DNA of 64,000 nt from Microthyrium microscopicum. Lineage: Eukaryota. The notes below the pieces were generated by a model that was not told where the DNA came from, did no database searches, and saw nothing but the letters and a program-made list of their open reading frames with translations. Both the position numbers and the translations under genes were made by a program. Below, in pieces: positions 10,965 to 22,627 of the stretch. Every line of letters starts with the position of its first letter. Position 1 is the stretch's first letter. The stretch spans positions 1,941,481 through 2,005,480 of the forward strand of contig MU004232.1 of NCBI GenBank assembly GCA_010405405.1, read 5' to 3'.

Positions 10965-12350
10965 ATGGACGGCTTCCAGACTCTCGATGATGAGTCGACA
11001 TCGCTGCAAGATGGCTCATGTGACGACTCAGACTATACATCATCCTCTGGTAACTCAACAGCAGACCATGTTTATCCGACTACAAAAACATTCAACTTCC
11101 CAATATTGTTCTTTGTTGAAGGATCAGAGCAAGGCGTCATGTCACAAGAAGGATCAGAGCCCCCATTCTTCCCATTCTTACGGCTACCGTATGAAATTCG
11201 AATGATGATCTATCCTTTCGCTCTCTCTGTTGCCTCTGAAGAAGAAGAAGAGGGACATCTTAGATCTTGGGACGACGAATACATTTACATTATCCCGTCA
11301 AACGACAACGTCGCATTTTGGATGACCGCACCATTACTCTCAGTTTGTCGGCAATTTCGACACGAAGCAGCCCCAATCATCTTCCAAGATCGTGTTATTC
11401 ATATTTCTTTCATTCCATCATTCGGTCCGTTTTTGGAATCGCTTGGCCCAATGGGACGATGGGCAATCCGAAAGCTAGAGATTCAGGATATCTTGTTTCC
11501 CTGTGGACACTCTGAAGACTACTTGCTTGAGTTTGTGTCGCTGCTGGGCGAGCTTAAAAATCTTCAGGAGCTCTACATCAACACTGACGATCTAAAAAAT
11601 TGGTACTGGGGGCCATTAAGAGATCGTGAGGGAGATCGTCCGGTGTTTAATCCTGTTCTTCAAGCACTCACTACCTTGCATCTGAATAAGCTAGAGGTCA
11701 TCTCCGATGTGAAGGATAGAGAAACGTCTGACTTCTCCTGTCTCCGGCGTCTTTTGGAAAACGCGATCGAGCAACGTCGACCCATTGAGCCACCCAGCGC
11801 ATTTGCCAACACCCTGTCTATTACGCCAGCCCATAGCAGCTATCTTCCGCCGTTTCCAGTTGGTATCAAAGAACAAGATCATTCTTCTGACATAATGTGG
11901 CAGCCAGAATGGAGCGTGGTCTCAATCCCGATCTTCAACTTCCTGTTCCTTCTTTATCGAACAAAGCTCCAAAGTGACCTGGCGATGAATGAAATGGTAA
12001 CCTATCGTGCCATCTTCCCTCTGCTACACCTCAAAATGCCAGAAAGCTCCGACGGTCCAATCATTGGATCGTGTGCCATTTGCTACCATCGCGGATGCCA
12101 TTGTGGATTTCATGAAACACCCACAAAACACGGCGGCCAGGTCGTACATTCTACAGAGTTCTCTAGTGCCGTTACAGCTCTTGCACAGCTTCTCTGGACA
12201 AAGCGACCTGAGCTGGTAAAAACAATCATGGCTGTGCACTACCACCTGGCTGTGACGAGGACGAAGCTAGAGCAAGATGTCAATGATGCGAAAGCCTTCT
12301 GGGATCACTTTGCAGAGCAATTGATGTACAAAGCCAAGGCTCATATGTGA
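10965..12350 (+). CDS. Uncharacterised fungal protein with an F-box-like N-terminal motif
   Basis: 461-aa intronless ORF with FPFLRLPYEIRMMIY followed by LLSVCRQFRHEAAPIIF, the pattern of F-box-like/2EXR-type fungal proteins. Confidence 0.7.
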   Translation: MDGFQTLDDESTSLQDGSCDDSDYTSSSGNSTADHVYPTTKTFNFPILFFVEGSEQGVMSQEGSEPPFFPFLRLPYEIRMMIYPFALSVASEEEEEGHLRSWDDEYIYIIPSNDNVAFWMTAPLLSVCRQFRHEAAPIIFQDRVIHISFIPSFGPFLESLGPMGRWAIRKLEIQDILFPCGHSEDYLLEFVSLLGELKNLQELYINTDDLKNWYWGPLRDREGDRPVFNPVLQALTTLHLNKLEVISDVKDRETSDFSCLRRLLENAIEQRRPIEPPSAFANTLSITPAHSSYLPPFPVGIKEQDHSSDIMWQPEWSVVSIPIFNFLFLLYRTKLQSDLAMNEMVTYRAIFPLLHLKMPESSDGPIIGSCAICYHRGCHCGFHETPTKHGGQVVHSTEFSSAVTALAQLLWTKRPELVKTIMAVHYHLAVTRTKLEQDVNDAKAFWDHFAEQLMYKAKAHM

Positions 12351-12545
12351 GACGAATTTAAAAGAAACATACGATAGACATGATTTTCACGATTGGGTTG
12401 ACTATATGAATCCGATAAGGCAGAAGCGATTCTGAAGACGGATGTCAGCTTTTGTAGACAATCTCAATAAAAAGTTTACAAGGACTTAATGACGAAAGTA
12501 GGAATCTATCATTAACACTAATAGCACACAGCCATCAGATTGAAT

Positions 12546-13718
12546 CTACTCATCGTCATCGCTTTCCACGCCAGTCTGCCGACTTCGCTCCAGCAGTTCA
12601 TTCCACCGTGTTGAGAACTCTCGAAGTTCTACTTCGCCTCCTTTGCTTGCATCTACAACATCTTTGGGAAGTTTGTGGGCGCTGTATTGTTGAGTTGCGA
12701 AGCCATAGGCTTCTGGGTCATCCTTCTTGATCAATCGGAAGATGGGCAATCGATCGAATTCTTCAACGTCCTCTTCCTCGGAGCCGGAAAAGTCAGCCTC
12801 TTCAAGCTCACTACCAGGAGCGGTATTGGTCGATTCGTCTTCCATGGTCAACAGCTCCAGCCAGCTGAAAAGCAAAGGATCGGTGCGCATGGCCCAGGGG
12901 TTGATATCGATGAGCCAGACGCGTTGATGTGGTGGAGGTAGGTAGACATCAAATGTGAAGCAGTCATCTGGAAATGAGTCACGTAGTTTGGTGTCGAAGA
13001 ATTTCTGGATCTTCTCCTTGAAGTCGGACTGTAGTTGGAAGAGAAAACCAAAATGATTCAAGTCTCTTTGGCAGATGGCGATGAGTTTCTTGTTGCGCAC
13101 GAAACATCGAAATTCCAGGGACGGATTAAGCTGGAAGTATTTGCGCAATACTAGATGAAATGGTATACTGCTTACAGTGATCGACTCGTCTTCCGCAGTA
13201 TCGTCAAATGCGTGGTCCAGATCATGTGTAATGAAATCCGAGCTCTTGAGAAGCAAGTATACATCGTCTGCTGACTGACACTCCATACTATTCGTGGCGC
13301 TGATCCATGTTGCATCTTTCGGAGCCGACCAGTTTAGCTTGGGGACGACCTTGCCTCCCAAGCTTGATATCGTGCTACTCAGCGTGTCGTGAAAATCCCG
13401 CCACTGTGCAGCTGGATCATCATCGACGGGATCGGTATGGTCGTCGCCGCCATCGTTATCGTTAGAGGAAAAGATTCCGCTGTCGTCTGACAATTCAGCG
13501 CGCTCATTTTCATCGTTCGGGAGGACAATGCCATCGGCGCGCAAGTAGTCCACGAATGGCTGTGGGAGTGGTAGAAGTCGGGCTTTGGGTGTAAGAGAGC
13601 GATAACCGGGATACCAAGAGTGAAACGAGCAATTTAGAATATGTTGTTTAGTGATCGGAGGAAATGGGAGGGTTTTCCGTGTCTCTGAAGGAGCTTCCGG
13701 GATGGTGGCGTTGGACAT
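12546..13718 (-). CDS. CDC123: Cell division cycle protein 123 (D123 family, eIF2 assembly factor)
   Basis: Motifs [46 protein letters not shown] and TDPLLFSW. First ATG is at 13718. Confidence 0.95.
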   Translation of the reverse strand: MSNATIPEAPSETRKTLPFPPITKQHILNCSFHSWYPGYRSLTPKARLLPLPQPFVDYLRADGIVLPNDENERAELSDDSGIFSSNDNDGGDDHTDPVDDDPAAQWRDFHDTLSSTISSLGGKVVPKLNWSAPKDATWISATNSMECQSADDVYLLLKSSDFITHDLDHAFDDTAEDESITVSSIPFHLVLRKYFQLNPSLEFRCFVRNKKLIAICQRDLNHFGFLFQLQSDFKEKIQKFFDTKLRDSFPDDCFTFDVYLPPPHQRVWLIDINPWAMRTDPLLFSWLELLTMEDESTNTAPGSELEEADFSGSEEEDVEEFDRLPIFRLIKKDDPEAYGFATQQYSAHKLPKDVVDASKGGEVELREFSTRWNELLERSRQTGVESDDDE

Positions 13719-14519
13719 GGTGCCGAATTTGCAGAGGACGGGGTTCAGATTTGGTGGCAGAACGATTCGCTGCAATTTACTGAGTGATGGAGGTAACGTT
13801 GTAGAGCGATCCTAGAAGTTGGTATTTATGGTAAAAGTATGACTGCAAAGATGACAGTGTACCGCTGAGAGAAAGCTGGTTGCAATTGCCTCCTAATTGA
13901 AGGGATGACTCTTTCGTAACTCAACTCTTGCCCCGCATCAAACCTTCCACATTAGGAAATATCGTTGGCTTCATAAACGCCAAATTGACATGATCCACTT
14001 TTTTCACTGAAGTAAAAGTTACCATGATAGATATAACTCCTTCGGACCGTTCTGACTCCATCGCAGCATTTGCTTATATCAATGTGGCACCTTACCAATG
14101 GCATAGTTCAGCAGGGTCGAGTCAATATTATTTTCAAGCAAAGCGACCGCATCCTAGATCTGGAAAGTCGTATCAAATCATGACAGCTGCGAGTGACACC
14201 GGGTCGACCAAATTTGGAAAGCGGTATCCTTGGAAGGATTTGATCTCTAAACCCCGAAAAACCCGCCAGGCTCCCATCATATTCTTCATCTCCGCCAAAT
14301 ACGCAACTACTTCTAAGCTATAGACTTGAAGAAAAAAAGCTCTTTATCAATCTCACTCGCTTTTTAGACCATTCCTACCCATCAGGCTGTCAACTCGCCC
14401 TTTCTCTAGCTTCGTTTCCTGATATGTAACGTATCGCGACGAGTACGATCACGAGTACTTCTTCTAGCAACGTTGCATATTCATCGCCTGAGACTACACC
14501 TCAACGGACTGTTGTCGTC

Positions 14520-14976
14520 ATGTCTAAAACGCAAGTCGAGGCTTCTCAGGAAAGAATCCACGGTATGAGCCCACTCTGTTTCAGCTACGCGGGCGATCAT
14601 TAAGTAGTGCTTAACATCAGGAACAGCAATTCATGCAGGCTCTCAGACACCAACGTCAAATGAAAATGGGGATACATTGGAAGAAGAAGAAGAAGAAGAA
14701 GATCAGGCTGTCTCATGGTTTACCAAGTTCTTAGCGCTCTCTCAAGTATGATCTTGTAAGTTGTGCTATTCTTAGACTTGACGATTGTAAAGACAGAATA
14801 AATTCTCAATTTCTCAGATATCCTCCGTATTTGATCAGGAAATCATCGTGGAGATGTTCAAAGCATTCCAACTTAAAGTAGTCTCTATTGGATTTCTGTT
14901 GGAGAGTTGGAGCAACATCGTGAATAAAAAAGTTCTTCCTTCGAAGTCACTGGGCCGCTTCAACCGCTTTGCTTGA
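14520..14976 (+). CDS. Small hypothetical spliced gene or degraded gene (3 exons)
   Basis: Exons 14520-14562, 14627-14745 and 14818-14976 join in phase through GT-AG introns, giving MSKTQVEASQERIHAIHAG...LEEEEEEEDQAVSWFTKFLALSQISSVFDQEIIVEMF...RFA. No recognisable domain. Confidence 0.4.
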
Positions 14977-15276
14977 CACGCAATGTGATGGACTTTACCT
15001 TCTAAGAGAAGCTCTTTTTTATCGTCATGCTCAGGCCCGATACGAACAGATTTTACATCCGCCAATTACTTTTCGTGGATATTCAAAGCATTCCAAGTTG
15101 TATCAACCGCAGTTCTAAATTTGGACAAGGCTGATCAAGGCAGATTTGAGTATCTTCACTCCTTAACCGCAAATTTTCTATCTATAAATGCTACAGTGCT
15201 AAATTGCCTCCATGACATTTATGATTTGATTTATGACTTAACTCTTGAATGACTTTCAGACCACCATAATATCGAT

Positions 15277-15900
15277 ATGGACGCTTCAGGCTCACAATCC
15301 AACCAGGTCTACCCACCTCCCAGCAGCAACAATGCTGTCGGTTCTTCCAACACGAAGATCCTAATCACTTATGCATCTGTCAACGGTTCCACTAAAGAGA
15401 TTGCTACACAAATTGGCTCCATCATCTCCTCAAAAATCCAATCGCCAACTACAGTCTCGATCCTGCCTATGGACCAGGTCACTGAGCTTCCACAGTATCA
15501 ATTCATCATTATTGGGAGTGCGGTACACAATTTCGAATGGGTTTCGCCGGCTAAGAGCTGGCTATCCTCTAATCATACGATTTTATCAGCAAAACGGGTT
15601 TGGGCTTTCAGCGTGGGCACACCATTTGCAGTTGGCAAATTCGCTCAACGCATGATGGAGTCTGAAGAGGAAGAATCTAAATTGGAGAAAGCAATCACAG
15701 ATGAGATTGGAAAGGTTGAAGATCATGTATTGTTCAACGGCAGATTTCTCAAATCTCATGCTTCCACCAGATTCAATGTCTGGTGGCGTGTCATGGGAGG
15801 CAAATTTGGGGACTTTAGGGATACGGAGAAGATTGACAGTTGGGCTGAGGAGGTTGGAAACAAGATTATCGAATCACTTGGAGAGCTTGAAATGGCTTGA
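15277..15900 (+). CDS. Flavodoxin-fold protein of the HemG/Flavodoxin_5 type
   Basis: FMN-loop motif ILITYASVNGSTKEIA, plus IIIGSAVH, VWAFSVG and C-terminal GDFRD...IDSWA. Intronless. Confidence 0.85.
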   Translation: MDASGSQSNQVYPPPSSNNAVGSSNTKILITYASVNGSTKEIATQIGSIISSKIQSPTTVSILPMDQVTELPQYQFIIIGSAVHNFEWVSPAKSWLSSNHTILSAKRVWAFSVGTPFAVGKFAQRMMESEEEESKLEKAITDEIGKVEDHVLFNGRFLKSHASTRFNVWWRVMGGKFGDFRDTEKIDSWAEEVGNKIIESLGELEMA

Positions 15901-15920
15901 AATGGCTTGAAATGGCTTGA
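15885..15920 (+). repeat. 10-bp tandem repeat (AATGGCTTGA)x3 plus a partial copy, spanning the flavodoxin stop codon
   Basis: Sequence reads gcttga aatggcttga aatggcttga aatggcttga. Confidence 0.9.
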
Positions 15921-16038
15921 GTAGGTGATTGGTAAAGAAGCACTGAAGTAACGTTGTCCTTACGCATCAGAGAATGAAACGAACCAGATTTGAATTCTTG
16001 TTAATTTATAACGCTGTGCATATCTTGTGATATCTCCT

Positions 16039-16878
16039 CTACTCCTTCGCTTTGTTGAGTATCTCACTTCCTATTTTTGCCAAATCATCGTTCATCAACG
16101 GCTCCTTCTCGAACCCATTCTCAACTTGATTCAGCATTGCAGCAGCAGTTTCGGCTACGCCGATATTTGGCACAATCCCAGCCCAACTCAACACTGTAGC
16201 CATTATTGACACCATGTATTTACCTGGCCCAGTAATTAGACCAGGTTTTGCGACTGCAGCCTCAACATCCTTATATTCCTTTGCAAGTGCCAAAACTTGA
16301 GTTTCAGTTTCGCCCTGTTCATAGTTTAGAAATTCGCCAATGAACCAGGAACATAGACGACCAGGTTGACTTACACGCATCAGGGAATACTGGGGCATAT
16401 GTGTAGGAGTTTTTGTCTGATCCCGCTCAGCAGCCACACCGCTCATGTAAAGAAATCGGAATGGTGTCGTTGAGTTGCCACGGGCTTCAATCATTGCTTT
16501 CATACCAATGATCGTGTTAGTTTGGCATACTTTACGCACTACCTCGAAATCAAACGCTTTTGATTTGCTCGGCGTAATAGCAACGGACCTACAGATACCA
16601 GGTTAGTCCAACAAGTAGGAAAATGACCGACGAAAGTCATACCAGATACAAGCATCTGCATTGGCAAAATGTTTCTTTACCTCCTCAGAGTATTCATCGT
16701 AGTCTTTGACTACTGCGCTTTGTAGTTTGGACGTATCGGCGCCTGGTGCTAAATTGTCCGGTGCTGACACTGGTCGACGTGCGAGGGCGATCACTGAATT
16801 AATCGAGGGCATTGAGAGGCTTTGTCGAATAACTTCAGTGGCGACAAAGCCAGATGCGCCAGCGATAATGAGCTTCAT
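16039..16878 (-). CDS. NAD(P)-binding Rossmann-fold protein (atypical SDR / epimerase-like), 3 exons
   Basis: MKLIIAGASGFVATEV...ALARR; spliced ADACIW/SVAITP; FRFLYMSG; a second intron (GTAAGT...CAG) lies between MR and GETE. Confidence 0.88.
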
Positions 16879-17610
16879 ATCTCGTTACTGGTTTCACTGA
16901 AGTTGAGGTTGAGTGAAACGATTGAACAAAGTCTGAGAAGCTGTAGCCTGGTCATCAGTTATCAATGGATACACTGGAAGGAGCCTGACTTAAGTACCTG
17001 TGTGCCCAATGAACTGAGCTTATTTACAGTTTAAGAACAGTGGAATAGCTGCTTATCTCCGCTACGCTGTCAATCAATCACATAGCATTCAACTCAAAAA
17101 TAATAAAAGAAGAAAGAAGGATGTAAGCTCAATGATCAGCTATTTATGAAGTACGGCGTTAAGCTTGAGGTATTCTCCGTGACTCCGTCTCGTTCTGCGG
17201 TTTATTTATAGTCATGGATCTTGCTATAAGGTACTGCAGTACCTGCAGTTTTGAAACATTCAAGCCAAACTTGATTTCTACCGACCGAGGAACTAGAATA
17301 CGATCCTTCGAAGTGGCGATGCAAACAGTATTGCCCACCGATTAATGCAGATCACTTGAGGATAAGATATAATTCTTTGGGTAAACTCAAGATCTCTGCG
17401 GATTTTCTGTTATGTTATAGTGAATTGCCATTGGTATGCCTTCCAAAAACATCATAGCAAGGACATTAGTCCTGAATCCTGTGAGGAACAACAAGAAAAG
17501 GTAGAACCCCCTTCAGCATTATACATTAAGTTCCTACCTAAATAGTAGTGATTATGGCGTATAAAACAAGTTCTACCAATTCAGTCTCCGCCCTCACTTC
17601 GAACCTGCCA

Positions 17611-19043
17611 TTAAGCTACCGCCAGGAGCGACACATCAGCAAGATACCAATCAATCAAGGAAGTGCCATGGACTTGGAAGAATAACTGAAGGTTATACTC
17701 AGCAACAATGTTGAATGTAACATGTTGCCAAGCTCCAGTAGCCGCGTATGTATTATCGAATGTGTTGTTGGGGTTAGTAATATCCTGAACATTTATGCTA
17801 CCACCACTATTTCCTTTGACCCAGAAGGATAGCGTGTAAGTTGTTCCCGAGGTGATTGACGGAGATGTCGCCGCAGAAAGCCCCATATTGGCCAAAGGTA
17901 CTCCAGGGAGGTTGTTGACGTAGGTGAAATGCAAATAGTGTGAACTGCTTGTTGGGCAGTCGCTTCCACAAGGTAATACCTCAAAGAACGTGGCGGTATC
18001 GTTGAAGTTATAGTCAATGTCTGGCGCGGCACCGGTGCCCCAGGGTTCGAGACAGCCGTTGGCGAACTGGCCATTTTGCAAAATTGGTCCGGCTGGTGCA
18101 GCCCAGTTTGTCACTGAGTATATGTCGAGCTTTGTGGGTATGAGGCCTGTGGTAGTATCGCCCGAGCCAGGGGAAATCATGGCACCGTCGCTGTAGGCGG
18201 AAGCCCAGGTCTCACACAGGTAGCTGCCGTCGTTGTATTTGTATACAGCAATAGTGCGACAGTTGGCTTGTGAGGAGCAGAGGGCTTTACACTGCGTAAG
18301 AGCAGCGTTCGCAGTCGATGGAGCAGGAATTGTGTTGATACGAAGCTCGTATCTATAGGCACCAGGAAATAATAGCTGCTGATTACCACTACCTAGGGTA
18401 ACATCCAGCGCGTACGTACGGGCTGGGATAGTTGGTAGTGCGCAAGAAATACTGGATGACGATGTGCTGCTACTCGTCTTTGATGACGATGTGCTGCTAC
18501 TCGTCTTTGATGACGATGTGCTGCTACTCGTCTTTGATGACGATGTGCTGCTACTCGTCTTTGATGATGATGGCTTTACGGTCGTCGAAGCAGTAGATGA
18601 TGCTGAAACTCGTGCTGAGCTTGTCACTGTAGCCGTCAAGGAGATGGATGATGTTGAAGCTGGCGTTGAGCTTGAGAATTGACTGGCCGCGGACTTGACG
18701 CACTTTCCATTACTACAGGTCTTGTTGGCATCACAGAGGTTTTCGCAAGAGTCGCAGTTTTTGGAGTCGTTACTGGTGTCCGCGCAGAGTCCATCGCATA
18801 GTTTTGCCGCCGTATTGGTCTTGTAAGGCCCACATGTATAGCATGGACCAAGGTTACTCTTTGCTTGGGATGAACATTGGGCAGGAAAGTTGGTATTGTC
18901 ACACCATTTTTGACAAGTTGAATCTTGAGTTGCAGCTGGGGAAGCAGCAGCACCTAGAACATAATGGTAAGTAGAGATAATTGAATTGTGCAATGCGACA
19001 ATATCATACCTAGAACTAAAAGGATAGCAGCAAACGACTTCAT
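17611..19043 (-). CDS. Secreted modular protein: Cys-rich (Stig1-like) N-domain, Ser/Thr linker, PAN/apple-like and CBM4_9-like C-domains
   Basis: ATG at 19043 gives MKSFAAILLVL/GAAA with intron 19009-18954. Contains CADTSNDSKNCDSCENLC, a Ser/Thr repeat linker, QCKALCSSQANCRTI and ILQNGQFANG...GTTYTLSFWVK. Domain names are from motif recall. Confidence 0.8.
18455..18562 (-). repeat. 27-bp coding minisatellite x4 (KTSSSTSSS)
   Basis: Four identical copies of gatgacgatgtgctgctactcgtcttt on the + strand. Confidence 0.95.
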
Positions 19044-19529
19044 TTTTTGGCAAGACTGAGCGATGGATGAGTTACCTAAAACTTAGTATGAGTAGATCCA
19101 GTCTGCGCAGAGGAGTGGGCGGTACGACAATTTCAAGTAATGAGATCCAGTACTCTTCCAGTCACGGGGACTCGTTGTATTGCAAGAGGTCTTTTTACGC
19201 TGGCTGTATTAGAATGTGGCGCAGATGCTCAGCTCATTCTCGCATTCAGGTCTACCACCACACGCCGAAAGAATCCACCACGAGAAACCGAAAAAGTGTT
19301 GTTGTGAAGGCGCTACTTCTGAGAGAGTATTAGATGCTCGTGGCAACACAAACCTTTTTTCCAAGCTTTGGGCGCACAGCCAAACGAGTCGCGGCTTGAA
19401 TCAACACAAAATCAGGATTCAGGGGAAGAGTCCATTGTGGTGCGACTTTTGAGTTGAAAACATTATAAAATGCGAATAACAATAACTATCACTCAGTTTC
19501 CAACTGACCTTCAGCTACAGCAAGTTATA

Positions 19530-21533
19530 TCATGAGCCATAAACTTTGAAAGCATTTACATGTTCAAAGAAACTGGCCTTGTAAAATCGCTCCTGTGTTG
19601 TGAAATTGACATATTGCATGCCAAATTTGACCTGGAATAATCCATCAGCTTCTTGTTAACCAAAAGACGGGTATCAAATGATCAAAAGAAGGTATAGGAA
19701 GATACTCACCGTATAACCAGAACTCCACTCCAGATTATCAACAAAACTCCAAGCCAGACTACCAACAACATTCACGCCTTCACTGATGGCGATCAATATA
19801 GCTTGCATATACGTTCTATAATACGCAGTGCGGTACAGATCGCTACGAATGTCGGCAAGCAACTTCTTACTGCCTTCAAAGGGCTCCGCAAAGCCAAACT
19901 CACTGACGGCAATTCCGCCCCGTGGTTTCCATGTATCTTGGATGTAATGCAAGAAGGCGGGAACCCAGTCTGTAGTGAGGTGCAGCCAAGGAGCTCCAGG
20001 ATCTGCTGCAGGACCGACGTTCCAGCTGTTGTCGGATAGTGCGTATGAGTACGATGAATTTGCGCAGCTGGGATAGAGGGTGTTGGAAGTATTCGCCAGA
20101 CAGGCGTCAGTTCCGGCATCAGGTGCAAAGTAGAACTGGGCAGTGTAGGCGTCGTGCATGAAGATATCGCATGAGCCGTTGATTTGCTGTTTCTCTTCGC
20201 CTGTGAAGCTTCGTAGGAATGTCGACACGTATTGCTGGAGAGAGGTAGGATAGTCTCCAGTGAGGAATATGGGATCGGCGAACCAGCCTTCGTTGAAGTC
20301 CCATGCTCGCTGTACTGCTTGAGCATCCGCGGAACTATTCGTCAAAGGGATCTTGTAGCCTCCATTAGTTTTGAAGGAAATGGTCGCGTTGGCTGGCAAA
20401 ATCTGTTTCCCAAGTCTGTACGCTTGCGAATGTGCCAATATCACACTCTGACCACAGAAGTACGGTTGTTGGGCTTTTGGTATCGTCGTCGGCGCAAAGT
20501 ATCCATCTGGAAGAGGATATTGGTTGCAGAATACAAGTGGTTCATTGACTGTGACCCACTTGTTGACTTTGCTGCCAAATCTTTCGAAGACAATTCGAGC
20601 ATACTCAACAAAGTCAGGTACAATTTCTTCGCTTAACCAGCCGCCGTAGAGATTTTGAAGAATCAAAGGGGTGTCCCAATGGTAGAGAGTTACGACCGGC
20701 TCAACACCGTATTGTATACAAGTGTCGATCATGTCCTCGTAGTGAGCGAGAGCTTGTTCGTTGACTGTGCCACTGCCAAAGGGGAGAACACGAGACCAGG
20801 AGATGGAAAATGAGTATGCTTTGACGCCTATGGCTGCTATTCGTGCAATATCTACGGATTGATCAGCGGGTAGCCCAGGAAGGCCTGTCTATCAGTTTAC
20901 CTTGTTTGTATAGATAATAGTGATTGTCAGCAATATCACCGGTCTGATTGGCCACTTTTGACCGTCTTAGTGAATTTCGCCTTATGTGTCAAACTCAATA
21001 GACTGACCTGTATATCCGGTAACTCTATGAGTCAAGACATCCCAAACACTGGGACCTCGACCTTCATCCTTCACTGCACCTTCAACTTGATATGCGGCAC
21101 TTGCAACGCCCCACCAGAAGCTTGATGGAAAGCGCCAGGAATTGTTCGCTGATACCAGTGGCAATTGTTCGCCAGTTGGAAATGGTGGATAATACAGTGG
21201 CGGTGGAGGTTTTAGTTCCGTAGATGGGACTGGAGTAGGAGATACCGTGGTATTGACAGAAGCAACTTCCACAGGCCCAACCATGATATTCCATAATTCT
21301 GTTGGCATATTAGCTCGATGATATAAAGGAATTGGGGTAAAGAAGATGTCCTTACGGTCAAGTGAAAGCGACAACGAAGTCGTTAGCAATGTAGCATTTG
21401 ATGTAGTGCTAACGGGTTGTATTGTTTTCGTAGGTGAGGATCCATTGGATGAGCTAATTGTAGCAGGTGATGTAGTGCTCTGAGATGATACTATGGTAAA
21501 TATTATATTCCATACTAGAGTATGAGACACCAT
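19530..21533 (-). CDS. Secreted glycoside hydrolase family 1 (beta-glucosidase-like), multi-exon
   Basis: Hydrophobic N-terminus and Ser/Thr-rich region; FWWGVASAAYQVEGA, AYSFSISWSRV, TLYHWDTP; acid/base motif TVNEP, nucleophile motif VSEFG, WSFVDNLEW. The last exon VKFGMQYVNF...YGS ends at 19530. Confidence 0.95.
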
Positions 21534-22627
21534 CTTGGAAGGACTAAAACAACTTCAGAACTTCGGCAGGATTCTCAAGAATTTACAACGAAAAGGGTAG
21601 GCAGACCATGGCCTAAGGGAATTGCAAGACAGCATCAAATCCACAGCATATTCATTACATCTTATAAGTCGTGGAACGACAGAACGAGGACGCTAGAAGC
21701 ATGCATAGAATTCATGGAGACACAGGGATAAAAGTGCGGGCAAGGCGGGGAAAAATCCAAGAGCGTAATTGAAGTTACCCATGTGCGAGCGTCAAGCTTC
21801 CTATTTCCGTAGGACTCTAGAATATCTTTCTCGGCCTAAAGGAGGTGAGGTAATGAGAGTTTGTGCTCAAATCACAGGTGCTCCATCGTGAAAGACTTTC
21901 AGGAACACGAGAATTGAGACGAACTACAGTTCGAGATGATCCTCGCAGGCAATCTCTACGGTGGTTGTTGCGTCCAAGTAGAATATGGAATGTTTCGGCC
22001 GTCAAAGTGTGATCCAGTGTTGTGAATGGACCTTTCAGAGCATGGTTGTTGTTGTCGAGCGATAGATATGTACATAGTGTATTGTATGAGTGTCTTCAAA
22101 CAATTTTCAATAGGCGCGCTCGAGCATCCAGGCAGATTCGTTTAGAAACTTTCCTGCTTAGATGACATGCATATACCGGTATGTTCCCATGTTTGATTTG
22201 AGGATGGCTAAACGATTGGTTTCATAGAACATTGCAGCTCTTGAAAACATGATATCGAATATCCAAACCATGATGCTCAATTGACTTGATTTTGAAGTTC
22301 GGATTTGGATGCGACTCGACGCGCGATGTCAATGGTTTGACAGTCACTCACAGGAGAATCACCGCGTCTGTTAGCTGTTCGGCCTGAAGAGTCAAGTCAG
22401 AAGGGAACAAAACAGTTTATACTGAAGACTGTTCCAACAGTAAAGCATGCAGGCGGAAGTCGAAAGAGGTGAAGGTCGTTCAATCGTCGATGGTCAGTGG
22501 TCACTGGACAATAAGAGATGAAAACTTGCCTTCAAAACATTGATTGATGGAGGAAATGGAGACCTTCATGCCTACATATGTAGAGTTGCCTAGATCTTGC
22601 TTGCCTTCGATATGGGGCAGGAACATG

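Noticed and set aside
18455..18562. Direct repeats as a CRISPR array
   Set aside because: Contiguous coding repeats with no spacers, in a eukaryotic gene.
21750..22620. Possible pseudogene fragments on the minus strand
   Set aside because: Short frames broken by stops with no family motif I can identify.
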